A stretch of DNA of 64,000 nucleotides from a virus. This document shows, piece by piece, positions 47,272-56,402 of this stretch. The stretch spans positions 1-64,000 of IMG/VR virus record IMGVR_UViG_3300028392_001993; one strand, 5' to 3'. How positions within the stretch are numbered: position 1 is the stretch's first letter; every line of letters begins with the position of its first letter. The translations under genes and the position numbers were made by a program. The notes beneath the pieces are model-generated. The model ran no database searches, was not told the DNA's origin, and was given only the letters and a program-made list of their open reading frames with translations.

Positions 47272-47345
47272 TGGGTTCATCTAGAGGCCTAGGATAGTGC
47301 CCTTTCACGGCATTCACACCGGTTCGAATCCGGTACCCACTACCA
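47270..47345 (+). tRNA. tRNA-Glu(TTC)
   Basis: GTGCC-CTTTCAC-GGCAT arm; ACCGG/CCGGT T stem; CCA. Confidence 0.9.
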
Positions 47346-47778
47346 TACGAAAACACACTGGAGATAAGCAGGAACTTGTGGCCACGAGGTCGCCTCGTCC
47401 AGTGTGTTTTTATATGGTCACTATATAGAAATACATTGCCGAGGAGCGACGTCTTTACCATGGGCTCCGACCATAAAGAGAGGTAGTGTGTTTCTATATA
47501 GCAATCATATAGAAGTATTCTTGGCATAAGTCAAAGCGAGAGAAGAAGCCTAGTATCTGCAGATGCGAAAGTTTCAGTGGTGCAAGTCCCCTCCTAGGCC
47601 TGCTGTTGAGAGTGCTTCTATATGGTAGATGTTATAGTCAAGCATCGATAAGGTATCGTGTATGGACGCATACACTATTCGGGTCACAGCGGCCGGCGAC
47701 TGATCCTAATATAACTGCATCGGCTTTTGCACTCTTAGCGGAGGACGCATAAATTGGCATTCTCGGTGCTTGACTATG
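47342..47778 (+). ncRNA. Tandem stem-clamped RNA units 2-5 (unassigned)
   Basis: Back-to-back 16-20 bp stems of related sequence with unrelated internal loops. Confidence 0.6.
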
Positions 47779-47785
47779 ATATTTT

Positions 47786-47860
47786 GGTCTGATAGTATAT
47801 CGGTTAGTATCCCACACTGTCACTGTGGGGAGACGGGTTCGATTCCCGTTCAGACCGCCA
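47786..47860 (+). tRNA. tRNA-Asp(GTC)
   Basis: CCACA-CTGTCAC-TGTGG arm; GGTCTGA/TCAGACC; CCA. Confidence 0.9.
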
Positions 47861-48180
47861 AGTTTGAAGCCACACCGCCTGGGCACTTCTCTCAGTAATG
47901 AGACACTAGGTCCTGCAACCGTGGCTTCTCCCCAACGTTCCAGCGTCACTGGATAGTCTGACCCAGACGATGAGAAGTGTGATGACACACACGGGTGGTT
48001 CTGAAACGGCGAAGTTTCACTGAGCAATCAGCGGTCTAACCTAACCGGCGTTGGCAATACGAGAACGGTCCCTGTCGAGAAGCGGGTGGAAGGTGTGACG
48101 AAAATACTTGTGTGGCAGTCCATGACGAGCCTAACAAATTTTCTATCTCACTATAATTACCGCCGGGGGACGCAGAGCAC
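47861..48180 (+). ncRNA. Large pseudoknotted structured RNA candidate (possibly GOLLD-related)
   Basis: GAAGCCAC/GTGGCTTC stem whose loop CACTTCTC pairs with GAGAAGTG; GNRA hairpins; no credible ORF. Confidence 0.45.
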
Positions 48181-48184
48181 TTGA

Positions 48185-48421
48185 TCAAGCAGTGTGCTGA
48201 GCATTTGCGTACTCAATCCATTCTGAATTGATCTTGCCAGCATCGCCATTGTGAGATGCAGGGTCTGCATCGGGGTTGGCATTTTTCCATTCATTGTAAA
48301 CTTTAGTGGCTTCGTGCCAGTTTTGTTCACGAGCGGCATCATCTTTTATCCACGCATCAAAATCAAGTTTACCGTCATCAAATGTCCAAACACGTTTGTT
48401 AAAATCTGTCCAAGTTGCCAT
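48185..48421 (-). CDS. Hypothetical Trp-rich small protein
   Basis: 78-aa ORF following the radical SAM gene; GGAG-like RBS. Confidence 0.55.
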   Translation of the reverse strand: MATWTDFNKRVWTFDDGKLDFDAWIKDDAAREQNWHEATKVYNEWKNANPDADPASHNGDAGKINSEWIEYANAQHTA

Positions 48422-48442
48422 AATATTTCTCCTGTGCAGTAT

Positions 48443-49645
48443 TTATCCGTTACGGGCAATCCAATCAGCCCAGAGCGCATGCCACTCTGGGAATACTTCA
48501 GCAAAACTTTCACTGCGGAGTTGGTCAAGTTTAGCATTATGATACCAAAACGATATTTGTTTTTCGTGGGTGTAATCCGGAGGAGTCCCCATCAAAAACT
48601 TAACAACTTCTCTAAATCGATCAATGGTTTTGAATTTTTCAGCCACTTTGAGTTTGAGTTCGTAAGGCATATATTGAATATTGTTGTGGGGTTCGTCTAA
48701 TACATAATTTTCAAAACTTATGGGCCATTTGCGTTTGAGCCCTTCGGCGTGTAGTTCATCCATGTCAAACACATTTAAAATAGTGGGACTGCAACGAATG
48801 TGTGTTTTTATGTTTGGATACGGGGCTACGTCTATTAGATACTTGTCAGTTACTGCTAGAACTTCGTCCCATTTGCTACCGTAACGTAAATAATCGTTTT
48901 TTGCCCCTACCCCATCAATACTGATAGCAAAATTAACCAGTTTGAATTCTTTGAAGTAGTCTACCAACTTAGGATCATAGATTGTGCCATTGGTATGTGT
49001 TCCGAGTATTTGATTCTTGGCGCCACCTGTACTGACTGCAGACTCTAGGATTTTGTAACTTAACGGAATCATCAATGGTTCGCCACCGTACAAGTCCCAA
49101 AATACCAGTTCTTTTTGCCACTCATCAAATGTGGCTTCAAGAGGTTTGTTATTTTTGTAGATAGTGGTATGAGGTTCCCATTTTTTTAACCAAATCTTAA
49201 ACGGTTTATCGTAGCCATCGTCCTTGTCAAATTCGTAGGCATCTTTGAACCACGATGTACTGGTAATTTCGTTGCAACTACGGCAGGCGTTGTTGCATTG
49301 TATGCCCGGTTTAATTATGATGACCCGGGGCTGATCTGGATGCGATTCAACATCAGCAAAGTCTAGATTTACTTGTTGCCGCATACTAACAACACCAATT
49401 TCCTCTTTCTGCCAACAACTATCACATTCTTTAATGCGTTCACCGTTTTCTAAATGTTGAACAAATTCTTGTCTATGCGGAGACTTCCACACCCGTTTAA
49501 GATCATCGTTAACATCAAACATATGATGATGTTCTGCTGTGGTATCTTTGTACCACCAGGTGCAAATCGGACAGGGACTGACCATGCCACTCATATCCAA
49601 CATAAGAGATAGTTCAGCAAGTTTACATTTGGTATCGTATTTCAT
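48443..49645 (-). CDS. Radical SAM protein with N-terminal SPASM-like Cys cluster
   Basis: C...L..G.V.PC; CNNACRSC; GGEPL; TNG; SIDG. Confidence 0.85.
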   Translation of the reverse strand: MKYDTKCKLAELSLMLDMSGMVSPCPICTWWYKDTTAEHHHMFDVNDDLKRVWKSPHRQEFVQHLENGERIKECDSCWQKEEIGVVSMRQQVNLDFADVESHPDQPRVIIIKPGIQCNNACRSCNEITSTSWFKDAYEFDKDDGYDKPFKIWLKKWEPHTTIYKNNKPLEATFDEWQKELVFWDLYGGEPLMIPLSYKILESAVSTGGAKNQILGTHTNGTIYDPKLVDYFKEFKLVNFAISIDGVGAKNDYLRYGSKWDEVLAVTDKYLIDVAPYPNIKTHIRCSPTILNVFDMDELHAEGLKRKWPISFENYVLDEPHNNIQYMPYELKLKVAEKFKTIDRFREVVKFLMGTPPDYTHEKQISFWYHNAKLDQLRSESFAEVFPEWHALWADWIARNG

Positions 49646-49748
49646 AACTATATTTAACGACACAACCTTTTGGTAATTTAATTAAAGTCATCCCCCCAAG
49701 GATGAGAAGTGCTATGACAAAAATCATCTGGTAAATATATCACGCAAC

Positions 49749-51704
49749 ATGACAGATTCTAAAAAACAAATTTTCGAAATTAAAACAGTTTCTGACAACG
49801 AGCCTGTGGTAATTGAAAATTCAATGGGCGAAAATTCGCCACATTTGGCCATACTAGAAACCATTGGTACTCTGAGTCGCGGTAGGCCTCAAAAAAATCT
49901 AGATCGAATAATTATCAATCCAGTTACAAAACAAACACGAGTAGCAATGGTATTGCTTCCTTATTGGTCCATACACCACGCACCGTATAATATTGCACGT
50001 CTGGTAGGTTTGGCAAAGGCTGCAGGATTTAGCAGTTGTGCATTTGACGTCAATGTGGAAACTTACAATTTAACAGACAAAAAAGAATTATGGCATTCAT
50101 ACCTGTCTTGGAAATGGGAACAGCCGGAATATTACTATGCAGATATACATCCGTTCATTGAATCTACTCTGTTAGATCAAATTGACAAGATTGTAGAATT
50201 CAAGCCAGATGTCATTGGATTTAGTATATACTATTGTAATAATGAGACTGTGGCCTGGGCGGTGCCAAAGATCAGAGAAAAGTTACCTAATGTAAAAATA
50301 ATAGTGGGCGGATCTCAAGTGATCCAAGGAAAACTTAAATATGCAGAATTATTTGATCACGTGGTCAAAGGTGAAGGAGAACAAGTGTTCCTTGACATCC
50401 TAGAGAAAATTGAAAACAAAACACCTATCTCTGAACGCTTTCTAAGTTATCCTAAAGATCAACGCATTGATCTAGATTCCATGCCGTGGCCAGACTACGC
50501 AGACTTTGACTTGAGTTTGTATCAGTATGGTGCTGCCGTAGGGTCAGAAATCAGTCGAGGGTGTATAGCAAAATGCGAGTACTGTATTGAAACACAATTT
50601 TGGCGTTATCGCGGCAGAGTTGCTACCACAGTAGTTGATGAAATTGAATATCAGTACAAAACATTTGGCGTTAGAGCCATACACTTTGTTGACAGTTTGG
50701 TCAATGGTAATTTAAAAGAGTTAAGAGCATTTGCACTCGGAGTAGTAGCAAAGGGCATGACTGACCTTGCATGGGCCGGTTATGCTCGATCCGACGGTCG
50801 AATGGATCTTGCATATCTGCAGGATTTAAAAAATGGTGGGTGTCACTTTTTAAATTTTGGAGTAGAGTCGGGTAGCAACAAGACACTTGCATTGATGAAG
50901 AAAAATGTCACCCGAGAAGAGATGGAACAAAATTTTAAGGATCTCAAAACAGTAGGCATTAACGCTTACAGTAATTGGATTGTTGGATTTCCCGGAGAGG
51001 AAATCGCCGACGTTGCAGACTCGTTGATTTTTTTATGGCGCACCAGAGATACTGCCATACGTCATTATAGTTTAAACTTATGTTACAACGAGCCGGGCAC
51101 TCCATTGGGAACCAATCCTGACAAGTTTAATATCAGTAGCACTGAGTGGGCCGGCAAATGGATCACTAAAGATTATCGCAATACCAATATACACCGACTG
51201 ATTAGATATAAATCTTTGTTAATATTCACCGCTCACATGCGTCGACATTTGGTTCGACCACACGAAGGTTGGGGGCTTGGGGGTATGGAACGTTACAATT
51301 TTGAAAATCACTACACGTTTTTGTACGATCCGAAGAATGCAAGAAATGTTATAGACTACGACGATTTTGATTACAACATTATAAAAATCAATGTCAATCC
51401 CGTGGCCGATAGTATGGTTAACGAAATATGGCCTTTGCTGAGAACTTTGTATCTTGCCTGGGGTGCATACGAGTTTAGTGTACGTTTTGATCAAGACGAG
51501 GATTTTAAAGAATTTGGAAATCAATTTGTTTTTTCGCCAACTTTTGAAGAAAAATTTAAATTCGATGGCAACGTTTGGTTTAAGATTGATGCCGCTGGCA
51601 ATTGGCAGGCCAAATTAGATTATGTATTTGATTCTGCTATTCCCAACTTGAACTTTGATCTACATTTTGATGAGACGGGAAATTGGGAAAGAATTTCCCG
51701 ATAG
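49749..51704 (+). CDS. B12-binding radical SAM protein
   Basis: IVGGSQ, GEGE, SRGCIAKCEYC, GVESGS, IVGFPGE. Confidence 0.9.
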   Translation: MTDSKKQIFEIKTVSDNEPVVIENSMGENSPHLAILETIGTLSRGRPQKNLDRIIINPVTKQTRVAMVLLPYWSIHHAPYNIARLVGLAKAAGFSSCAFDVNVETYNLTDKKELWHSYLSWKWEQPEYYYADIHPFIESTLLDQIDKIVEFKPDVIGFSIYYCNNETVAWAVPKIREKLPNVKIIVGGSQVIQGKLKYAELFDHVVKGEGEQVFLDILEKIENKTPISERFLSYPKDQRIDLDSMPWPDYADFDLSLYQYGAAVGSEISRGCIAKCEYCIETQFWRYRGRVATTVVDEIEYQYKTFGVRAIHFVDSLVNGNLKELRAFALGVVAKGMTDLAWAGYARSDGRMDLAYLQDLKNGGCHFLNFGVESGSNKTLALMKKNVTREEMEQNFKDLKTVGINAYSNWIVGFPGEEIADVADSLIFLWRTRDTAIRHYSLNLCYNEPGTPLGTNPDKFNISSTEWAGKWITKDYRNTNIHRLIRYKSLLIFTAHMRRHLVRPHEGWGLGGMERYNFENHYTFLYDPKNARNVIDYDDFDYNIIKINVNPVADSMVNEIWPLLRTLYLAWGAYEFSVRFDQDEDFKEFGNQFVFSPTFEEKFKFDGNVWFKIDAAGNWQAKLDYVFDSAIPNLNFDLHFDETGNWERISR

Positions 51705-51727
51705 TTTTTACATATAAGTAAGAATAC

Positions 51728-51802
51728 CGCGGGGTGGAGAAGAGGTAACTCACTAGGCTCATAATCTAGAGATCGGCGGTTCGATTCCGTCTCCCGCAAC
51801 CA
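51728..51802 (+). tRNA. Initiator-like tRNA-fMet(CAT)
   Basis: C1.A72 mismatch, CAT anticodon; anticodon stem CTAGG/TCTAG lacks three G-C pairs. Confidence 0.8.
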
Positions 51803-51814
51803 ATTCCCAAACTA

Positions 51815-53011
51815 ATGAAATTTTTTGAAGATACATCTGCCTCATCTGATGATGTAAAGCATCATGGTTTTTACATTGTCAATGGCAAAAATTATCTGTA
51901 TCGGTACAATGCACTGGTGGCGGCCACACAGGCCAAGTGCGAACTAGAGTGGCGCTTCAATGACGAAGTGTACAATAGCATAGATTGGTCTATACCACTA
52001 AACAAACCCATACTTGAAATTTATCGTGAGCGGGCACAACAACTGCGTGACAAATACGACTATCTAATTCTTTCTTATAGTGGCGGGTCTGACAGCGACA
52101 ACATTCTTCGTGCGTTTGTGGACAACAATATACATCTTGACGAAGTGTGGATTGACTGGCCACACGGCATAATGGACAAAACTGGATTTAAACCATCTTT
52201 TGATTTGAGTCATGAGAATCTTGCCAGCGAATGGCACTACACCATTGAACCTAAACTTCGAGAGTTGGCTAAAAATCATCCCGGGGTAAAAATACACATA
52301 TCCGATACCACAAGTCAGGGTATTGTAGATGACCTTGAGGACACTTCTGTTATTGTGGGATTTAGAACATCTTACCAAAACATAAGACGCATGAGGTATA
52401 TTTGCAATTATCAACAAAATATGTACGACAACGGTATTGATGTTGCACTTGTATCCGGTATAGAGAAACCATCAGTGACACTAACCCCCGATAACATGAT
52501 TGCGGCGGTGTTTCATGAGTTACCGACTGTTTTTAAAAACGATGTCACTCCGGATCGCCACACTGTGATAGAATATTTTTATTGGACACCTGAGTATCCG
52601 CATATTGTAGTAAACCAAGCGCACGAACTCATAAGATATTTTCAACAGCACGTGGAAGAATTTAAAAATTTAGAAGAGCACTTGAGAACTAATAAATATG
52701 CAATACACCGCTCGATGAGTCTAGATCGAGCTGTGAACATATCCTGTTATCCTACTTGGGATAACTGTTTTCAAACAGATAAATTCTTCTACACATTTGC
52801 CAGTAATCAGTTCAACAAATTGTTGATCCCGTTTATTCGCACAGAACAATTTGCTAAAACATACTATCATCGTTACTTCAATGATGCCAACATCATTGAT
52901 CCCAAACTGATTTTTCATCCGGTTTACAAGAATCGATCAAAAGTTTGTTACAAATATTATCCCGTTATGAGTTTACAAAAATTTTATCAAGGAGTCGTTA
53001 GAAATGTTTAA
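51815..53011 (+). CDS. PP-loop family protein
   Basis: YSGGSDS; R.RAQQLRDKYDY and EYFYWTP shared with 41336/42563. Confidence 0.7.
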   Translation: MKFFEDTSASSDDVKHHGFYIVNGKNYLYRYNALVAATQAKCELEWRFNDEVYNSIDWSIPLNKPILEIYRERAQQLRDKYDYLILSYSGGSDSDNILRAFVDNNIHLDEVWIDWPHGIMDKTGFKPSFDLSHENLASEWHYTIEPKLRELAKNHPGVKIHISDTTSQGIVDDLEDTSVIVGFRTSYQNIRRMRYICNYQQNMYDNGIDVALVSGIEKPSVTLTPDNMIAAVFHELPTVFKNDVTPDRHTVIEYFYWTPEYPHIVVNQAHELIRYFQQHVEEFKNLEEHLRTNKYAIHRSMSLDRAVNISCYPTWDNCFQTDKFFYTFASNQFNKLLIPFIRTEQFAKTYYHRYFNDANIIDPKLIFHPVYKNRSKVCYKYYPVMSLQKFYQGVVRNV

Positions 53012-53960
53012 AAATATCATCAGTATTGTTTGTTTGCTATTTGCCATGGCCGCTAATGCAACAGAGATGCCAGCAGAGCTAAAAGGCAAGACTATTCGAT
53101 ATGTTGTGCCCACGGCACCAGGTTCACTGAGTGATGTGCGTTCACGTGAAGTGCTTGACGTTGTATCAAAGCAAACTGGACTGACATTTGTGATCACTTA
53201 CAAACCAGGCAATAAAAACGGGGTTGGCATGCAAACCATTGCAGAGTCAGCACCCGATGGCCTGACCATGGGTTGGACCAGTTCGCCCACACGCATCATC
53301 TACGATCTCAAGAACGCAACTGGCTTCCCCAAGCGTGATGAGCTTGTGCCGTTTGTGAATCTTTGGAAATTCTCCAATGTGGTATCTGCAGATGTCAATG
53401 CACCGTTTAATACCATGCGAGAGGCTTTGACGTATATTCGAGCAAATCCAAACCGACTAAACTATGCTCAAGTTGATGCAGTATCAGCTATTACACTAGA
53501 AAGATTGTTCAACAACGACAATAAAGACACAGTGGTTGGTATTCCAATGACCACCTTTCCCGAAGCAATTGCATTGATGAAAAACAAACAGATGACTTTT
53601 ATTGCCACTAGCATTGGATACGCACAAGACAATGCCTCACACATCAAGATGTTGGCCACCACTGGCGCCACAAGACATTCAACATTGCCTAACATTCCCA
53701 CTGTGGGAGAGTTTGTGCCAGGATTTGAAATGCCATCATATGGTTCAGCATTTTTGCCACGTGGTGTACCACAACACATCTTGAACTACTACAATGAAGT
53801 GTTTGTGACTGCACTGCGTAATCCTGAGTTACAGTCCAAAATGCGAACCTGGGAATACGAACCTTGTGTAGATAATCTAGCACAGACACAGGCAGTATAT
53901 GATCGAGAATATGTGCGCTTTGACCGTATGATCAAACAAACCAAGATTGAAATCAAATGA
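53004..53960 (+). CDS. Bug/TctC-like periplasmic substrate-binding protein
   Basis: Signal peptide; VP.APG..SD..R; KPG; APDG.T; LP.IPT..E. Confidence 0.8.
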   Translation: MFKNIISIVCLLFAMAANATEMPAELKGKTIRYVVPTAPGSLSDVRSREVLDVVSKQTGLTFVITYKPGNKNGVGMQTIAESAPDGLTMGWTSSPTRIIYDLKNATGFPKRDELVPFVNLWKFSNVVSADVNAPFNTMREALTYIRANPNRLNYAQVDAVSAITLERLFNNDNKDTVVGIPMTTFPEAIALMKNKQMTFIATSIGYAQDNASHIKMLATTGATRHSTLPNIPTVGEFVPGFEMPSYGSAFLPRGVPQHILNYYNEVFVTALRNPELQSKMRTWEYEPCVDNLAQTQAVYDREYVRFDRMIKQTKIEIK

Positions 53961-54499
53961 AAGTTGCAATCACCGGACACTCTCGAGGACTTGGCCGTGT
54001 GTTGTGGGATAGATTTGCGGCACAGGATGATGTAGAGCTAGTGGGCTTTTCAAGAAGCAACGGCTACGACATTGTCAAGGCACAAGATAAAATTGTTGCA
54101 GAATCACTTGACTGTGATTTGTTTATCAACAATGCCTACAATGGCTTTGCCCAGGTGGATCTCTTGGTCAAGATGGTGGATGCTTGGAAACACCAGCCCA
54201 ACCGACACATTATTAATGTCAGCAGTTTGTCATCGTATCACGACAAACGCAGAATGTGGCCTTATAGCATACACAAGATTGCACTAGACCGACAAGCAGA
54301 ACAGATTCAATCAAACTTTTTGTGGCCCAAGGTCATTAACTTTCGTCCTGCACTATTTGAAAGCGATATGGGCTACTCTAGTGAGTTCAATCGCTGGCGT
54401 CAGAAAATTCCCGTAGATACCATGGCCGATGTGGTGATGTACACTGTTGACAATCGGCACCGGTTTACCATCAAGGATATAGTTGTCGATCACGCCTGA
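53957..54499 (+). CDS. Short-chain dehydrogenase/reductase
   Basis: ITGHSRGLG, INNA, NVSS, YSIHK (YxxxK). Confidence 0.85.
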   Translation: MKVAITGHSRGLGRVLWDRFAAQDDVELVGFSRSNGYDIVKAQDKIVAESLDCDLFINNAYNGFAQVDLLVKMVDAWKHQPNRHIINVSSLSSYHDKRRMWPYSIHKIALDRQAEQIQSNFLWPKVINFRPALFESDMGYSSEFNRWRQKIPVDTMADVVMYTVDNRHRFTIKDIVVDHA

Positions 54500-55067
54500 C
54501 ATCCATGGCCTTTAGTCGAGCAATGGTTGGCGAGTCGTCCCAGAATCCAATCTGAATAGCAGTTCTACCACCGTCAGGCATGGGTTCAATTGAGTGTAAT
54601 ACCTGTGCATTGATCAAGTACCATTCACCTACAGGCATACGATGTCTGCAAATTTCTGTCAAGTTATCATAAGTCTTTGGATACTCTTTCACAAGGGGTC
54701 TAATGTAAGGCTTGCCTTCTTCCAGCCAGTGGATTGTGTCCACTGCTGGTCCACCTGTTTGCAACAACCAAATCAGTGTCCAGTTACGACTTGTGTCATG
54801 ATGTGGACAGGCCCAGCCAGCGCCATGAATACTTACCCCGATATCGGTGTAGTCTGTGCCCACATGTTCGTGTACCCAATCTTTGATACCTTGACTGACA
54901 TCGAACCTGTCATAGGGTGTGTTGATAAATTTAATGCCTTTGCGTGTGCAGATGCGATCTATTTGTTTGGCCAATTGTTTGCTGGTATCATAAGCGTCTG
55001 GTGCTTCATAAAGCTCGCGTGGCAGTGGGGGGAGATCTGGAAAGATCATGAGTTCTTCTGGAGTCAT
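54471..55067 (-). CDS. 2OG-Fe(II)/cupin-like oxygenase
   Basis: PHHD...LHSIE...R; paralog of 39624-40163; TATAAATA-like sequence upstream on minus strand. Confidence 0.6.
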   Translation of the reverse strand: MTPEELMIFPDLPPLPRELYEAPDAYDTSKQLAKQIDRICTRKGIKFINTPYDRFDVSQGIKDWVHEHVGTDYTDIGVSIHGAGWACPHHDTSRNWTLIWLLQTGGPAVDTIHWLEEGKPYIRPLVKEYPKTYDNLTEICRHRMPVGEWYLINAQVLHSIEPMPDGGRTAIQIGFWDDSPTIARLKAMDVRRDRQLYP

Positions 55068-55127
55068 TTATGTGCTTTCAAGTTGGGAGATATAAATATT
55101 TATACAACACCTCTTTCCTATTAAAAT

Positions 55128-55955
55128 ATGAATCCTTACGAAAATATAGCCTACGCTCGACTCAACCTTGACTTTGATCATCGACTGTTTGCTCTGGAGT
55201 TTGATAAATTAATCTCTCCACACAGCACCGCAATCAACAATGGCAAGCAAAGTTGGGAACGAACACGTCGACTCAATCAGACATGGGGCATGGTAGATCC
55301 TGAAACATACGATAAGTGTACTGTAGAGATAGCCTATAAACAGATTGAGATGAGAGGAATACCACAGTGGCAAATGACTCAATTAATGTATATGGAGCCC
55401 GAAGAGTCTGATTCTGAAATGCTCAGAAGAGAAGCAGACTTTGGTGGCACTTATGCTCGAAACCTCGCTCTGCATCGTGAATGGAAAATTAAACCACAGT
55501 TTGAAAAACTAAAACTTATAAAGTTTATCAAGGCATTACCTTTCAAGCGAATGAACAGTATACATTGTGTGAGTCTTGATCCAGGAAGTTTTGCCAGTAT
55601 ACATCGAGATAGTCGTTGGTTTGAAGGTAGTGATGTACCCAACGTGGCCGGTAAGAATGGTGTTATTCGACAAGGGTTTGTTATTATTACATTAAACATC
55701 AGTGACGGCGGTGTCCCATTGTACTGGGCGTTTGACAACAAATATGTGAACGATGCATATCATGCAAACGACCCAGTTTACATAACCAGCGATTACTTCT
55801 TACACGGTGTGCCTGTTTGTGCCAGTCGTCGTAGACAAATAAGAATTACTGGTATTCCCACAGATGATCTTGCCAACCTAATAGACCAAGACAGTAAAAT
55901 AATGGTGCCGCCGGACATGGAGTATGCTGTTGGTGATCAATGGTATCCTGGATAA
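55128..55955 (+). CDS. 2OG-Fe(II)-like oxygenase
   Basis: IHRD...LHGV...RRQIRI; TATAAATA at 55091. Confidence 0.55.
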   Translation: MNPYENIAYARLNLDFDHRLFALEFDKLISPHSTAINNGKQSWERTRRLNQTWGMVDPETYDKCTVEIAYKQIEMRGIPQWQMTQLMYMEPEESDSEMLRREADFGGTYARNLALHREWKIKPQFEKLKLIKFIKALPFKRMNSIHCVSLDPGSFASIHRDSRWFEGSDVPNVAGKNGVIRQGFVIITLNISDGGVPLYWAFDNKYVNDAYHANDPVYITSDYFLHGVPVCASRRRQIRITGIPTDDLANLIDQDSKIMVPPDMEYAVGDQWYPG

Positions 55956-55992
55956 CGTTGTAAAAATACAACATCAAGTTTGCCAAAAACAA

Positions 55993-56202
55993 TTGACACA
56001 CAAAGGTAAATAAACTATAATTGATACTATGAAAACGACACTTTGTTTATTGCAACCCAAGAATATGTTCAGTCAGACATCTGCCTGGTCACACGCCTAT
56101 GGTCGCTTGACAAGCATTCTAGGAGACACAGGGTCTTAAATAGTACGCAATCGTATCTTATTCAAAGACCCTGGAACTAAAAACTCCGGGGTTTTTCTTT
56201 TT
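55993..56202 (+). promoter_or_regulatory. Promoter, 36-aa leader ORF (56029-56139) and attenuator
   Basis: TTGACA-17-TATAAT; antiterminator CAGGGTCTT/AAGACCCTG (9 bp); terminator ACCCTGGA/TCCGGGGT + T-run. Confidence 0.6.
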
Positions 56203-56215
56203 AAGGAGAACTTAG

Positions 56216-56263
56216 ATGACCGAAGAAGAATATTGGAAGTGGATTCAAGAGAACGTGCAATAA
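56216..56263 (+). CDS. 15-aa micropeptide candidate MTEEEYWKWIQENVQ
   Basis: TAAGGAG RBS directly after the attenuator. Confidence 0.35.
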   Translation: MTEEEYWKWIQENVQ

Positions 56264-56402
56264 ACGTTCAAAGTGCAACAGGAAACGCGGTCCTGTGCCT
56301 CACTCAAAACCGGCACAAACGGGCGGCCTCGGGGATGGCTTGTGTTCTTGTACATAAAAAAATCCGAGCGTATTAAAGCATTCTCTATCTGCAAGGAGAC
56401 AA

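Noticed and set aside
47438-47472. SAH riboswitch resemblance (GCCGAGGAGCG...GGGCTCCG)
   Set aside because: Only a short word matches; the closing helix and downstream pseudoknot partner are missing and no gene follows.
47047-47778. CRISPR array
   Set aside because: Repeats are inverted half-stems that vary in sequence, inserts range from about 37 to 190 nt, and no cas genes are in the window.
47264-48027. Minus-strand ORFs 47264-47527 and 47638-48027
   Set aside because: Antisense to tRNA-Glu, tRNA-Asp and structured RNA; no RBS or recognisable protein features.
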